NCBI GenBank assembly: GCA_965113315.1
Contig: OZ220367.1
DNA: 64,000 bases
DNA from: Podarcis vaucheri
Lineage: Eukaryota
Reading direction: 5' to 3' (one strand)
In this document: positions 52,701 through 64,000 of the stretch, piece by piece
Numbering within the stretch: position 1 is the first letter of the stretch
Layout: every line of letters starts with the position of its first letter
Made by a program: the position numbers and the translations under genes
The notes under the pieces: model-generated
What the model saw: only the letters and a program-made list of their open reading frames with translations
What the model was told of the DNA's origin: nothing
Database searches by the model: none

Positions 52701-55700
52701 GTAAGGGCATGGTATGGGTTAGGATTAAGATCCTTGGCCAGAAATCACTAGGCTACTATCTTCCACCCAGAACTACAGTTTCCAGGATTTCCTCAAGAAA
52801 GAGGATGACTGTTACACCAGACTAAATCCATAGCGCAGGCCACCCCTTGCCAAGCAGGAGCCCTCTAGATACTTTGGACCGCAACTCCCATCAATCACAG
52901 TCCTGTGGTGACTGGAGCTGATGGGAGTTTTGGTACACAACAACTGGTGTAGACATTCCATCAATAGCTGCCCAATCTGCCACATTTAAGCTGACACCCA
53001 GTTCCTATGGCACATACCAAGTTTTTGTACAACCCGTGAATCGAATGTAAAGAAATAGGAAAATTATCACCCGCAGTATTTAGCTAGTTTCTTGAACTGT
53101 CAAACAACCAAGCTGCACTTGGATATGGAAGAATCAAGAAAGGATAGCCAATGTGGTGCCATTCAGATGTTGCTGAACTCTCAACTCCCAGCAAGCTTGG
53201 TAAATATTCAGGGATTATGAGAGCTGAAGTCCAATATCATCTGTAAGGACCATATGGCTAGCTCTGCTCTAATAGGACAGCTCCTGTTAAATAAGCTGAC
53301 TGCACTGATTTCTTCACTAGCTGAGGCTTTCAGTACATTTTAATATATTGTGCATACATATAGCATGAGGCCTTCTTTTCTGTTCATGCTTTATGAGGCT
53401 TAAGCATTGAGGATAAACAAACAAAAAAATATTGCTGGATAAGACAATAGCCCCTATCGCTGCCCCCATCCCCTTTGTCTCTTAGGTGCCCTGTGGATTT
53501 TATTCAGGTAGGAGGGAGAGAGATCCCTATTTGTGAGCTACCACCTACACAGCTGGGAGAACATGTAAAGAGCACCTTATGTAGCAGTTCTTTTCTGCAA
53601 GTTAGCAATTATGGAATTCAGAGGTCAAGGAAGTCTGCAGGGATATTGCACAAGACTGGGATCTGTCTAGACACAACAACAAGAAAAGATTAAATATCAT
53701 AATTCACACCAGTACTTATTATTTTGAGCCTCTTTCCTTAAAGTCCCCAGGTAGAAAAGTGTCATATATTGTTTTGTTTTTTTTTCAACCTTCCTTCAAG
53801 GTTAAAAGCAATTTGAAGTTTCTCAGTTACATACAGTAAGTTGAGTACGCGCACCTTAGCTATTGTTCCCTACTAGCATATAATGTTACTGAACATGCAG
53901 TCATCTCTTAAATATGACAAAATGGGTTTGGACAGTGTGTATTTTCCCCCTGCTTGTCATTCCTAAACACTTATTGAAGACAACATGCAAATCCTTACTA
54001 TTTTCGCAAACACCTCAGGAGGAAAAGCACGAGAAATATACACCCCTTTCTCTCTGAATGCTCTAAGTGGTTTCCCAGACAGCTGTCCAGACCAAAAATT
54101 CAGAATGATGTAAAAGAGAACCAAAATTCTTATTTCTAATGGTGCACTTATAGCCAAAACAATTGGCCATATTTGGGGAGTTCCCCTCCCACAATTATAA
54201 TTGTGCAAGGGAGGAAACAACAGGGCCTCACCCCTTCCTTAGGGGGTGTTGTCAGTGCCCAGACTGTGCATCTCACACTTGTACAGTGTGGCTGCCCACT
54301 TGTGGAAGGTTCTCCCCAGGGAGTCTTGCCTGGCACCCTCATTACATATCCAACACTTACAGCAGTCCCATCCCCTGAAGAAGTTACCCTTGCAATATGT
54401 GAGAGGTGCACAGATCAGGTGACAAGGAAGTGACATAGGAGGCAGAGCCAGAGACTTCAGCCCTGCTCCCCGACCTCACATAGGCTGTAATCCTGTGAGG
54501 TGAGGGGCAATTGCCCATGTGGGGCACTTGATTGCTGGAAATGTCTCAAACGGGGAATACTTTTGCATCTGACAGAACTCAGGACATAACATTTCCCCAA
54601 TAATAGAGGGCACTGATCTAGTAAGGAGGATACCACATGGGATGGGGGAGTTCATTTGCCCCATGTCGCCATTGAATCGCAACCTGGAGAGTGTGACTGT
54701 CTTTGAAGCATGCAAGCTGAAGTCACTTGTGTGGAGATGCATGGGTGTCACTGGAAACAACCATTTTTTTGCAAGCGCTTCATACAGGCATAATTTACAA
54801 CCTTTCTTTTGTAGTGCCGAGGTGACGTTACTAAGACTTACACTCTGGAGGCGTACGACAACTGGTTTAATTGCCTCAGCATGTTGGTGGCGACGGAGAT
54901 TTGTAAGGCAAGTACTGACAAGGGAAATGTGCCAGCTACTCTTCCTTCACTCTCGCAGTTTTTGGCCCAACTCATTCCAAACTGCCTTGGCTGAAACTCT
55001 GTATCTTAGCCACCTCCCACCAAGTAACATCTCCTCTGGCTCAGGATGCATACGAATGCACCTGCCCATGCAAAAATGCAATCCTTTACAGAATATTTGT
55101 TGGCACTTGAAGTCAGCTTCCCTTTGTATTTTTTGCACCCATTCCCATCCTATTCTGATTTGACTCACGCTGCGTAGCAAAAGCCCAATTCATACATTCC
55201 CCAAGTAGCATTACTGCTGCTTCACCTGGCTCCATCCCATGCGACGCTAATACTGTAGGCTGTAGTGATATCCCAGGAGGCTCCTTCAGCACTGTATTTC
55301 CTCTTGAGTTCTAGCAGATGTGGCACTGCAAAGTCCCCTGTGACTTTCGCCTCCAACACAATTCAGTGTGTCATATATTTCTGGAACTTTATGGGATGGG
55401 GGCTGGAAATGTATGAACTGGACCACAGCGAGGGAACAGGAATGGGTTTGGTCATATGAACACACATCATGCCTTGTCTAAACCACTGAGCCTCTTGGGC
55501 TTGCCAATCAGAAGGTTGGCGGTTCGAATCCCTGCGACGGAGTGACCTCCCGTTGCTCTGTCCCAGCTTCTGCCAACCTAGCAGTTTGAAAGCACACCAG
55601 TGCAAGTAGATAAATAGGTACCGCTGTGGGGGGGGAGGTAAATGGTGTTTCCGTGCACTCAGGCTTCTGTCACAGTGTTCCATTGTGCCAGAAGTTGTTT

Positions 55701-58700
55701 AGTCATGCTGGCCACATGACCCAGAAAGCTGTCTGTGGAAAAACGCTGGCTTCCTCAGCCTGAAAGCGAGATGAGCGCTGCAACCCCATAGACACCTTTG
55801 ACTGGACTTAACCGTACAGGGGTCCTTTGCCTTTACCTTTTTACCTTTTACATCATGCCTTGTAACAAACAGTACATCTTCACTTTAGAATGAACGGTGT
55901 GTAGGTGTGGAGATGCAATAGTCTTTGTGGCTTCGCTTGATCTGCTTACAGTGCCAAACTAAAACATACAGCATGTGCCTCTTTCTCAAACTCCATATAA
56001 TAAAAAGGAAGGGAGAATTGTGTGCCTGTGACATGAAAGTATCTAGTATCATGAAAGTGGCTGAGAGCTGAACAGCTTTCTTAGAGTTTTTGAAATCCAA
56101 TATAGAGAATATGTAGGCTTACCTCAACAGAAGTGTCTTCTCTGTATGCAAACAGGTGGACACCAACCGCACATAGGATTCATAACATGTCAGAGTCTGA
56201 CCGGAAGATGGAAATGTATCCCAAAACATCATCTTCCAGATGTACAAAATCAGTATGGTAGTGAAAAACTTACAGTGATAAATTTTGGAGTGCATTTTTC
56301 CAAAATTCTTAGAGTCATGTAGCAGAATCATGTGGTAGCATCCTTCCTGGGTTATATCACATTAGATTGCAGATAGACAATGACATTTTTGGATGCTCCA
56401 CTATGTCAGTTAATTTTCTGCATGTAAAATCTTGCACGCTCGGAGAAAGGTTCTAGCATAGCCTCTCCCTACATGTGATTCTGCCTTTAAGAAAAACGTT
56501 TGTTAGCCCTCAGAAACAAAACTTGAAAAAATAATGCACAAAGCAAGCATTGATCCACTATCAACAAGGCTAGTGAACAGTGACTGATAATTGTACCAAA
56601 CCCATTAATTCTCAGAAGCCAATTACAAACAGCATAGGCAAAAATGCAACTCAGCAACACGTCATGTGGGAAGCAAATGTGTTTTTAAAAAAACAACATG
56701 GGGCAGTCATTCAGACAAAGCTAAGAATTTTAAAACCCTTTGTTTTCAGTGGGAGAGATTTAAGTGCATGCCTAAGTCTCCCACTTTAAATGAAAAATGT
56801 AAAGATATTTTTCCCACTGTGGCAAACTGCAGTGGTGGCACCAGGACTCTCCTGGAAAAATGCCTCACTCGGGGGGGGGGGACCTAGGACCTTCCTTGCA
56901 GTGAAGAAGAATAAAGTGCATGGGGTGGCAGACATGTTCACTTTGCTAGGTAGTAGCATCAGGACTAGCAGCCAATAATGAGGTGAGCGGGGGTGAGGGG
57001 TTGGCAATTTTTCGCTACTTTGCCTGAGACTGTTTTCTTGCTCTGCCCTGCACAATTATTATTGTGCAAATGCTGTTGATTAGTCTCATTTCCCTGCAGA
57101 TTTGAAGTGAGCTTGGTGCTTTACCTCAGGATAGCTTATCAACAGTAACGTTAAAAAAAGCTGGATTATAAATCCTCAGTGCTATAGTGAAGCAAACCCC
57201 CTGCTTCCACCCTACCAAAGCACACCTCCCCTGGATGGAATATTTCCTATTTTCTACATTTGAGGACAGAATGTTTTAAATGTATTTGGTATTCCAGTCA
57301 CCAAAATCATTCTTTCTTTGCTTTACAAAATTTCCCCAACGCCTAGTTTCTTCCTTACATAAGGCTACAGGATTCCAGCATCCAAAGACATACAAAGTTT
57401 TCATGATTTTCCAAAGATAATGGCTCTTTAAACAAAACAGGGATCTTAGATCACTATCACAAAGGCTTACTCTAAAAAAGGGGGGAGGTGACTCAACTCA
57501 GGATAGAAACATCAACACCTTTTCCACTGAAATACTCTTCCTCAAAGCCTTTAAAAAACAAACAAATGTTGTTTGCTTGCGGGATTGCCATGCCTCCATT
57601 GAGTAAATGCGACCCCACTTCTCCCATTCAAGGTTTGCATTTTAAATTTCAGGTTGTGAAGAAAAAGCAGCGGACAAGAATAGTGGAATTTTTCATTGAT
57701 GTGGCAAGAGAGTGCTTCAACATTGGAAACTTTAATTCCATGATGGCCATTATCTGTGAGTACTCTTCTGCAAGGCACCTGTGGGCAATGTGTGTGACAG
57801 CGTCAGTAGAATGATGGTGTTTGAGTAGATGCAGCATCCCGCTGAGAGTGCTGCACTCTGGATGACAAATGGGCATCAAAGATATTACCAAGTGAGACTC
57901 TCCAAATAATTAACTGGTAAGCGGTGGGAGATCAAAAGAAGAGACAGGGGAAAGACAGGTAAAAGTAGTCTGCGCTTGCCAAAGAGACGAGCCACACAAG
58001 ACCTTTTCATGCATTGCAGAATGGCAAATCAGAGTTTGATGCTCAAAGCATATTTGACGGAGAGGGACAACCAATCCTGGCTCCCTGGAGAGTGAGTCAG
58101 TGCATGTTTGCAAAAGGCAAGTGTGCCTCTTCTTGTCTACATAATCTAGTGCACACTTAGAATATTTGAAGTCTATGCCTAATGTGTGAATTGTCCTGAT
58201 TACATAAAAGGACTTTTGGGGGGGGGATAATCAGAGATTATCCAAATCCTGGAAATGCAAACTTCTCCCAGCTTCAAACCTTTGGCACAGTTGTAACAAA
58301 AGTGACCAAAAGTGGACACAGAATTGTTTTCCCAATAGCAAAATTTCCCTCCATCCTGCGTTAAAACATGTTTAAGGTACGCAACAGCCGTCTTCATTGG
58401 GATTAAGCTAAGAAGAATTCCTGTCCTAGACTCAAAACTGGCATTGTCACCTGAAGAGGAAACACACATAGATGAAGGCTGTGGGGGCACATGATCAGCC
58501 CCACCGGCTGGTGTCACATGACTGCTCCAGTCCCACCTTGCTTTAAAGTGCACTTTTGCAGCCAGCAGCCTTCTGTATTCCTGGATGTTCCCTGTGTGAG
58601 TTAAGCTCTTGGAAGATGAGGGTTTTCACCCACTGCAGAAGTGCACTTTAAACATGCAAATGGGCTGAAAGAGTTGTGCAGCCCCAGTTAAGAGAGCTGC

Positions 58701-61700
58701 AACCCCAACTTACAGATGTTCCCTCTTCAGGGAAGGGGGCTTAAGAATCCTGGTTAAGTGGGATGCCAGGTCAGTGCTGGTGCCAGTGCAGTGCTTAATA
58801 GAAAGGGTGGCTAAGGAGGGATGCAGTCTGGAAAGGAGAGGAACAAGTGAGAAGGAGCACGCGATCCCATGGCCTGTTTCTGATCTTCGTTACATCTGCA
58901 CTACACTCCTTTGACACAACTGCCTGCAGAAGTAGTGATTTGCAGAACAGTACTGCTGAAAGCATCCTGACAGACATGCAGGGATGTTTTCAATAATTTG
59001 CTGAAAATTTTCCATTTGTTTTTTTCTTTCTCTTTTTAGCGGGTATGAACTTGAGTCCTGTTGCCCGGCTAAAGAAAACTTGGTCCAAAGTCAAAACAGC
59101 CAAATTTGATGTTTTAGAGGTAATTAAATCATCATCATCATCATCATTTATACGCTGCTTTTTCCACGTGTCCCAAGTGGTTCACAACACAACAGCAAAA
59201 ATCCGCATCAATGCATTATTAGAATAGCCCAGAAAAATGGATTTTAAAGCATGATTGATATGAAAATCCAAACCATTCATTTTGATAATACTAACATTAT
59301 AGCACCATAAATGGTTCATGCTTTGCCACATACTACCAGAAATGTGCCATGAATTTCTTCCTTTTAAAAAAAGTCTTTAAAACTGTGTTTAGTAATTGTT
59401 CTCTGCCCATAGCCAGATAGTATGAATGAAGCTCAAAAGGTACACTATAAGATGCTGAGTAAGAAACAGCTAAGATAGCCTGATCTCTCAAAAGCCATTG
59501 AATTTCTTCACAAACTTTAATTCAGTTTCAGTAGAAAATAATATTTAAAAGTTCCACAGTGCTCATCAGACATCTGCAGCTTTGCCCACATCAGGCTGGA
59601 ACATTGCAGAGAAGGAATACATTGGTTCATCTTACTGAGCAATTGGGCAGAATAGTGCCTGTGCATCTTTAGTCCATAAGTAAAACATCCTTCTTAAAAA
59701 CGGGAGCTGAACTTTCAGAGAAAGGACCTGGAATATCTCTAATTGTGGCCGGTGCCCCTTCCCCCACCTCAGTCCCTGTGGTATCAGCCCTGTTTAAACA
59801 CAAGTGATTCTCCTTTTGCCTTCAGGATGTATATTCATCTCCAATTTAAGTCCGCCATCTGGTGGAGAGTGATGATCAACATTTAACCAGAGTAATTCCT
59901 GCCACAAACCTCTCGTTATTTTTAAATTATTTGAAAACAAGCACAAGTGGGGAAGAGAGAAAGCAAGGAGGGCGAAATGGTTTGGAATATTTGAAAGATA
60001 TTGTTGGGGGGCTTGTCCTGAATCACTGGAAATTTCACTAATATTCTGCCACTCGGAACCTAAGTAGACCCTGGCAACAAAAACCAGTTGGTGAAAGAAG
60101 CATATCCCACTGTGAAACAATAAAATATCAAAGCAGGAACAAAAAATGAACAAGTGATGTTTCTCTCCAAAGGCAATATTTAGTAATGCATGATGACTTA
60201 TATGTGTGCACCTAACCAATCATAGGCAATATCTTTCCCATCACTCCAGCACAAGGCTATTCAGTGGACAGAGTTCACATGTGCAGCTGTAGGTCATCAG
60301 GTGTCAGGTAATCAAGTGATGTACATGGATGTGTGAACCAACCCTGAAAATCTCTGGGTCACAACTCCCAGGTCAAATCCAAACCTGCCCATGCAGCGTA
60401 TAGGCAAGCACCCATCTCATACAGAACTCTCCATACTCCTTTGGTTCCTCAGAATGCAACCTGTCTAAAGCAATGAAATAGCACTTCCTCCAGTCTCAAG
60501 AAGGTTCTGTGGGGAGGATGTTTGTAATTATCAGATTACCCCCATCCTGATCACTATAAAGCAAATTTTGTAAGCCTTTGTACTCAGAGGAATTCTAACA
60601 AATTCTCTGTTTGATCCGAACAGCATCACATGGACCCATCCAGCAACTTTTGCAATTACCGAACAGCCCTTCAAGGAGCAGCACAGAGATCGCAGACAGC
60701 ACACAGCAGCAGGGAGAAAATAGTCATCCCCGTTTTCAACCTCTTCATTAAAGATATCTACTTTCTGCATAAAATACACACCAACCACTTGCCCAACGGA
60801 CAGATAAACTTCAAGGTACAGCTTGTTTTGCAGGCCGTGAATGAAGCAGTTGCACAGTGAGTGCTGCAGGCAGACAAAACATCCAAGCAAAAGAACAGAA
60901 TGCCATATGGAGTCAGTGAGGCTTGCCACTTGGCCATTTTTATACTGATCTGTTTGCATTCTGTTCCTTCAGAATAGGTTTGTCACAGCTTGCTCACAGC
61001 CTCACGTTCAAACTAGAGCAATTAACCAATCAGGGGCGGGGGGGGGGTGGTGGAATTGCATTTGAAGTGAGTGCATCTCAGCAACGAGAAAAATTTGGGT
61101 TACTTGCTATCACAACATTGAACACAGAACCTCTGACTCCTATGTCCCCATCTGTAGAAGATGGAAGTGCTGGCTGCATAATGGGCAGGGGATGAAACTA
61201 TTTTACCTAGTGGTTAAAGTGCAAGAACAGGACCTGGGAGGCCTGGGTTCAAATCCCTGCTCGGCCCCAAAGCTGGTGATGCCAGGATTGCACAGAGGAA
61301 CTGGTTGCATGATCGGGTACTTCTACATGGGAGGAGGGAGTGAGATGGCTGCTGCCATGTGCACGATTGCAGCAGCTTTGAAAAGGCCCATTGCAGATGT
61401 GCCAATGGAGGTGACTGCAAATCCGTAGGGATGTAGCCAGTACTGTTCTAGTGCTTGCGCAACAAAACTCCTTGGCTCTTCCTGCACATACCTCAAACCA
61501 GCTCTGGAGGGTTTGGGGGAGACTGGAGCACTTTCTGGAAGGAAGGGTGCATGGGGAAAGGAAGAGAAAGTTATGTTTTGTGCAGCACTGGATGCAGCCC
61601 ATACAGTTGACAAGTCTTTGATGGCCCTGTTTCCCGGGGGGGGGGGCAGGCTGCACACTGTCATCTCTAACCGTTGAACTACAGGCTTAACCAAAGTTCA

Positions 61701-63790
61701 GAAGGTGGCATGAAATAAACAATAATGAAATGCTGATTTGAATAATTTTATCTCATACAGAAGTTCTGGGAAGTTTCAAGGCAAATCCACGACTTTATCA
61801 CATGGAAGCAGGTGGAGTGTCCTTTTGAGAAGGACAAGAAAATCCAGAGCTACCTGCTCACAGCACCTATTTATAGTGAAGAAGGTAAGATTCTTCGGCA
61901 GCTCGCGCAAAATTTGCTCGTTTCCACAAACAACATGTGCAAGAGGCTCAACGGTGAAAGTGAAAATGGGCAAATTTGCTGTGGATGTTGTTGGTACTGA
62001 AGAGGAAGAGATATAAACTCTGCAACCGACAAGCATAAACCACATGGCAGTATTCTAAGAATCCAGAGGATTCCTTCTGTTGTTAGGGCTCCGTTCTCCT
62101 TTTATGTCTCCTAAAATGCTATCGTTTGACATCATTATGGCTATAAAAGGAGAAGGGCTGCAGCTCTGCTTGAGTTGCAGAAGGACCAGATAGGGGTGGG
62201 AATGTTCCCTGTCCCAAGTTGTGGAAAGACACTGCCAGTCAAAGCAGTACTGAGCTAGGTTGGGCAATGTTCTTACTACATATGAGAGCCAGTGTGGTGT
62301 AAAGGTTAAGAGCGGTAGACTCGTAATCTGGTGAACCGGGTTTGCTTCCCCGCTCCTCCACATGCAGCTGCTGGGTGACCTTGGGCTAGTCACACTTCTC
62401 TGAAGTCTCTCAGCCCCACTCACCTCACAGAGTGTTTGTTGTGGGGGAGGAAGGGAAAGGAGAATGTTAGCCGCTTTGAGACTCCTTCGGGTAGTGATAA
62501 AGCAGGATATCAAATCCAAACTCCTCCACTCCTCCTCCTCCACTTCCCTTTGTTCCTGTGTGATTCAAATCCTGTTACATGTTCTGACTGACTTCCCGTC
62601 TTTCTTTGCCCCACCCTCCCAACGCTCAGCTTTGTTTATTGCATCATTTGAAAGTGAAGGTCCAGAAAATCATATGGAGAAAGACAGCTGGAAGACACTC
62701 AGGTAATGAAACCAGTTCCTTGGTTCTTTCTCATACTGCGAAATGCAACCTGCGCTACTGGCCTTTTGAGCCTTCAGAAATTTGGCATGGGAGCTACACT
62801 TTAGGTAAAGAAGAGGGGCCGCCAAAGTTTGCCATGCTCATGGACACCATGATGCTTGCCTCAATTGAGAGGCAAGAATTAGAAGGCCATTAAGTCTTCT
62901 CTAGCTCAAATGAAAATCAAAGCCATACATAGAAGACTTCTTCGTCTATTTCTGCTTCAAAGGACTACACTAAAAGTCAAACACCCAGACCACCCAGGGG
63001 AACATGCAAGACACGATTGTACAGTATGGGGGGATGACATTGTACAATGCTCACCTTTGTTGAAAAATAGAAAGCCAACACAACCAGCAAAGGACTTCTC
63101 CCTGGTCTACTAGTTTCCTTCTTGCAGGATGTTTTGTGTGGGTTTTTAAAATTTAACATGGATAGTATTGAGAAGTGATATTTCCCACCTGTTGCCTGAG
63201 GCACTACAGCCCATCAACATTCCTGAACCTTATTTTCACTTCATTTTGCTGCAAATTTAAATCCAACACAGTAGAACAGCTCTGAATTACACAGCAATCA
63301 AGGCCTTGCTTGACAGGCTGGATCCAAATTCACTTTTTGGTTGTGAGATACGGTGTAGGTGTAGTAGCTAAACTTAAGTATTAGTCTAGATTTTTTTAAT
63401 ATAAAAAACAAACAAACCAGGGAACACCAGTTCCAATATCAAGGGCCAGAAACCTGATCTGTAGTCAGTTTTCAATACATGGTTGAGGACTGGCAAGTCA
63501 TTATCAAATGATTGAGAATACTGGGGTAAACACAGGTAACAGAGAAAACTAGAAACCTAATCATCCAGCTAGGCAGTTGGAGATCTGAAGCCAAGCTTAA
63601 TGGGGCAGCCAGGCACTAATAGCTGGGAACTTATACCAGCCAGTAATCTGAGCTGATCTCAAGTATATTCGCAGTTGCATCTGTTTCTCTTAATGTAACT
63701 TAAGGTGACAACATTTAAGACGATTTGCTGACGTTATCTTTTCATTTTTATCTCTTCATTTTTAGGACAACTCTGCTCAACAGAGCCTGA
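25815..63790 (+). CDS. RASGEF1A: RasGEF domain family member 1A, spliced CDS join(25815-25988,41632-41760,47137-47274,51485-51706,52463-52537,54815-54907,57653-57755,59040-59119,60624-60815,61761-61884,62630-62702,63766-63790), 475 aa
   Basis: Exons have AG acceptors and GT donors (one GC), with consistent phases. The translation runs MPQTPIFSSMLG...GSLEALIECLVPTTDYYPDRTYIFTFLLSSR...(REM domain)...[28 protein letters not shown]...(CDC25 domain)...EGPENHMEKDSWKTLRTTLLNRA*. The C-terminus and the LDNHKCRGD segment match RASGEF1A as I recall it, rather than 1B or 1C. Confidence 0.95.
26943..27181. mobile_element. Diverged Tc1/mariner-type MITE (second family), right end obscured by the palindrome; duplicated at 30331-30563
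   Basis: Begins TA|CAGT. Internal motifs (cgaacgttttggctccc, ctgcagccaatcggaagccgc, cttccagaacggatt) match a recalled lacertid MITE. Confidence 0.55.
26949..27290 (+). repeat. 342-bp direct repeat, copy 1
   Basis: Identical by eye to 30331-30672 (cataaattgatttcc...tctcagaggcccct); the ORF-track translations are also identical. Confidence 0.97.
27182..27267. repeat. Perfect 86-bp palindrome (43-bp arms, no spacer, centre AAGCTT), copy 1
   Basis: actcatgctacttgccatttcattttgtcccactcttatcaag|cttgataagagtgggacaaaatgaaatggcaagtagcatgagt. Confidence 0.98.
27272..27985 (-). pseudogene. L1 ORF1p, C-terminally truncated (open frame, 237 aa)
   Basis: Coiled-coil heptads, then RRM motifs NLKFRGIGEE, IENAFRI, PGDCLVIF and IIILKEIP. 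The frame breaks off before the CTD and reads into the direct repeat (GASEI*). Confidence 0.85.
27291..30330 (-). mobile_element. L1-clade LINE 5' half (about 2-kb 5'UTR plus truncated ORF1); no ORF2 and no poly(A)
   Basis: The minus strand starts GACTTCCGG, is CpG-rich, has a YY1-type AAGATGGCG at 29895-29903 and leads into an ORF1p-like frame. Confidence 0.88.
28317..28680 (+). mobile_element. Young Sauria SINE (distinct subfamily) nested in the L1 5'UTR
   Basis: Intact CpGs, (ACCTTT)n tail and 14-bp TSD TAATAACCAAGATA at 28303-28316 and 28681-28694. Confidence 0.93.
30331..30672 (+). repeat. 342-bp direct repeat, copy 2 (contains the palindrome at 30564-30649)
   Basis: Identical to 26949-27290. 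Confidence 0.97.
31562..31709 (-). mobile_element. tRNA-Ile-derived SINE with CR1-type tail
   Basis: The reverse complement gives ggatagctc..ttggttagagtgtggtgctAATaatgccaaggttgcaggttcgatcccc followed by an ATTCTATG tail. Confidence 0.8.
38340..38660 (-). mobile_element. L2-type LINE 3' fragment
   Basis: (TTA)-rich tail, then tttgcctggcacctaaa..ttccctggggagagcattccac..gagaaggccc, typical of the reverse complement of squamate L2. Confidence 0.65.
41362..41396. repeat. (ATC)n microsatellite
   Basis: Seen directly. Confidence 0.95.
41632..41760 (+). CDS. RASGEF1A: RASGEF1A exon 3 (RTYIFTFLLSSR...GVDADK)
   Basis: Polypyrimidine tract plus cacag|; AAG|gtatgt; 129 nt, phase 0/0. Confidence 0.95.
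42408..42561 (+). mobile_element. tRNA-Lys(CTT)-derived SINE with CR1-type tail
   Basis: ggatagctcagtcagtagagcatgagactCTTaatctcagg..gttcgagccccac followed by ggtcccttccaactctacaattctctgattctatga. Confidence 0.82.
43739..43770. repeat. (TTA)n microsatellite
   Basis: Seen directly. Confidence 0.95.
45600..45841 (+). mobile_element. Tc1/mariner-type MITE, 242 bp
   Basis: TA|CAGTGGTACCTC...GAGGTACCACTG|TA; same family as 8040-8281. Confidence 0.9.
47137..47274 (+). CDS. RASGEF1A: RASGEF1A exon 4 (AKLKSFAAK...ITQCDE)
   Basis: tcctag|; GAG|gtaagg; 138 nt; LLKEWTETFPYDF REM motif. Confidence 0.95.
47690..47929. mobile_element. GC/CpG-rich DNA transposon fragment (hAT-like)
   Basis: The right end agctccgccactg is the reverse complement of CAGTGGCGGAGCT. 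There is an abrupt GC/CpG rise, and the left TIR is unclear. Confidence 0.45.
48350..48476 (+). mobile_element. CR1 3' end
   Basis: gggttggactagatgacccttggggtcccttccagctctacagttctgattctat. Confidence 0.75.
49492..49832 (+). mobile_element. Sauria SINE with a small deletion in the tRNA head
   Basis: Homologous to 21732-22086; (ACCTTT)n tail; imperfect TSD TAA(A/G)TGTACCTA. Confidence 0.9.
50953..51100 (-). mobile_element. tRNA-Ile-derived SINE with CR1-type tail (second copy)
   Basis: Homologous to 31562-31709. Confidence 0.8.
51485..51706 (+). CDS. RASGEF1A: RASGEF1A exon 5 (ENGTVKK...AQQLTHIEL)
   Basis: attag|; CTG|gtgagt; 222 nt; LAQQLTHIE start of the CDC25 domain. Confidence 0.95.
52463..52537 (+). 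CDS. RASGEF1A: RASGEF1A exon 6 (ERVSNIYPEDLMQIVSHVDSLDNHK)
   Basis: tctag|; AAG|gtgtgt; 75 nt. Confidence 0.92.
54815..54907 (+). CDS. RASGEF1A: RASGEF1A exon 7 (CRGDVTKTYTLEAYDNWFNCLSMLVATEICK), GC donor
   Basis: tttgtag|; 93 nt; the frame is preserved only with AAG|gcaagt. Confidence 0.9.
55478..55849 (+). mobile_element. 5'-truncated Sauria SINE
   Basis: B box, body and (ACCTTT) tail; 14-bp TSD ACATCATGCCTTGT at 55464-55477 and 55850-55863. Confidence 0.9.
57653..57755 (+). CDS. RASGEF1A: RASGEF1A exon 8 (VVKKKQRTR...NFNSMMAII)
   Basis: tttcag|; T|gtgagt; 103 nt, ends in phase 1. Confidence 0.95.
59040..59119 (+). CDS. RASGEF1A: RASGEF1A exon 9 ([15 protein letters not shown]...FDVLE)
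   Basis: tttttag|; GAG|gtaatt; 80 nt. Confidence 0.95.
60624..60815 (+). CDS. RASGEF1A: RASGEF1A exon 10 (HHMDPSSNFCNYR...NGQINFK)
   Basis: aacag|; AAG|gtacag; 192 nt; IPVFNLFIKDIYF RasGEF motif. Confidence 0.95.
61761..61884 (+). CDS. RASGEF1A: RASGEF1A exon 11 (KFWEVSRQ...PIYSEE)
   Basis: tacag|; G|gtaaga; 124 nt. Confidence 0.95.
62283..62540 (+). mobile_element. Squam3-like tRNA/CORE SINE
   Basis: gagagccagtgtggtgta..ggttaagagc head, gggtgaccttgggctagtcac core, L2-like tail and (CTC)n end. Confidence 0.75.
62630..62702 (+). CDS. RASGEF1A: RASGEF1A exon 12 (ALFIASFESEGPENHMEKDSWKTLR)
   Basis: ctcag|; AG|gtaatg; 73 nt. Confidence 0.95.
63766..63790 (+). CDS. RASGEF1A: RASGEF1A last coding exon (TTLLNRA*); 3'UTR continues past the window end
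   Basis: ttttag|G ACA ACT CTG CTC AAC AGA GCC TGA. Confidence 0.93.
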
Positions 63791-64000
63791 GATTTTGGAC
63801 TTCTGCTCTGGATTCTAAAGCACACACTAAAAAAAAACATTGTTTTTAAATCCTCGAAGACGTGATTTGAAAAAGGAAGGCCTCACTGGTTGGGGTCTGT
63901 TTTGTAGATACAATGCCTTTTATGAATTACAGAAGAAAAAAATGTGCTAAATATTTCACATCAACCTTAAGGCACTTAAAAAAATGAAGGATTTTGTTTT

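Noticed and set aside
54642-55163. 173-aa ORF
   Set aside because: It overlaps exon 7 in another frame and has no protein-like features; a chance ORF.
1-64000. CRISPR arrays, operons, rRNA or a prokaryotic defence system
   Set aside because: The sequence is a eukaryotic intron-exon locus with no regularly spaced repeat-spacer array or rRNA-like sequence.

Overview
Vertebrate genomic DNA, most likely from a squamate reptile (probably a lacertid lizard, judging by the Sauria/Squam SINEs, BovB-type tail and CR1/L2 content). The window holds one complete protein-coding gene on the + strand, RASGEF1A (RasGEF domain family member 1A). It has 12 coding exons between 25815 and 63790 that splice in frame to 475 aa, plus a probable first exon and promoter near 18.9-19.2 kb that could add MRET (479 aa). 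One intron needs a GC donor. The rest is intergenic or intronic and rich in retroelements and MITEs. The most unusual structure is in intron 2. There a 5'-intact but 3'-truncated L1 (long 5'UTR plus most of ORF1, minus strand, 27291-30330) lies between two identical 342-bp direct repeats, and each repeat contains a perfect spacer-less 86-bp palindrome. The antisense strand of the L1 5'UTR also carries a strong-Kozak ATG and a consensus splice donor in frame with RASGEF1A exon 3. Repeat family names come from recalled consensus motifs, not from a database search.
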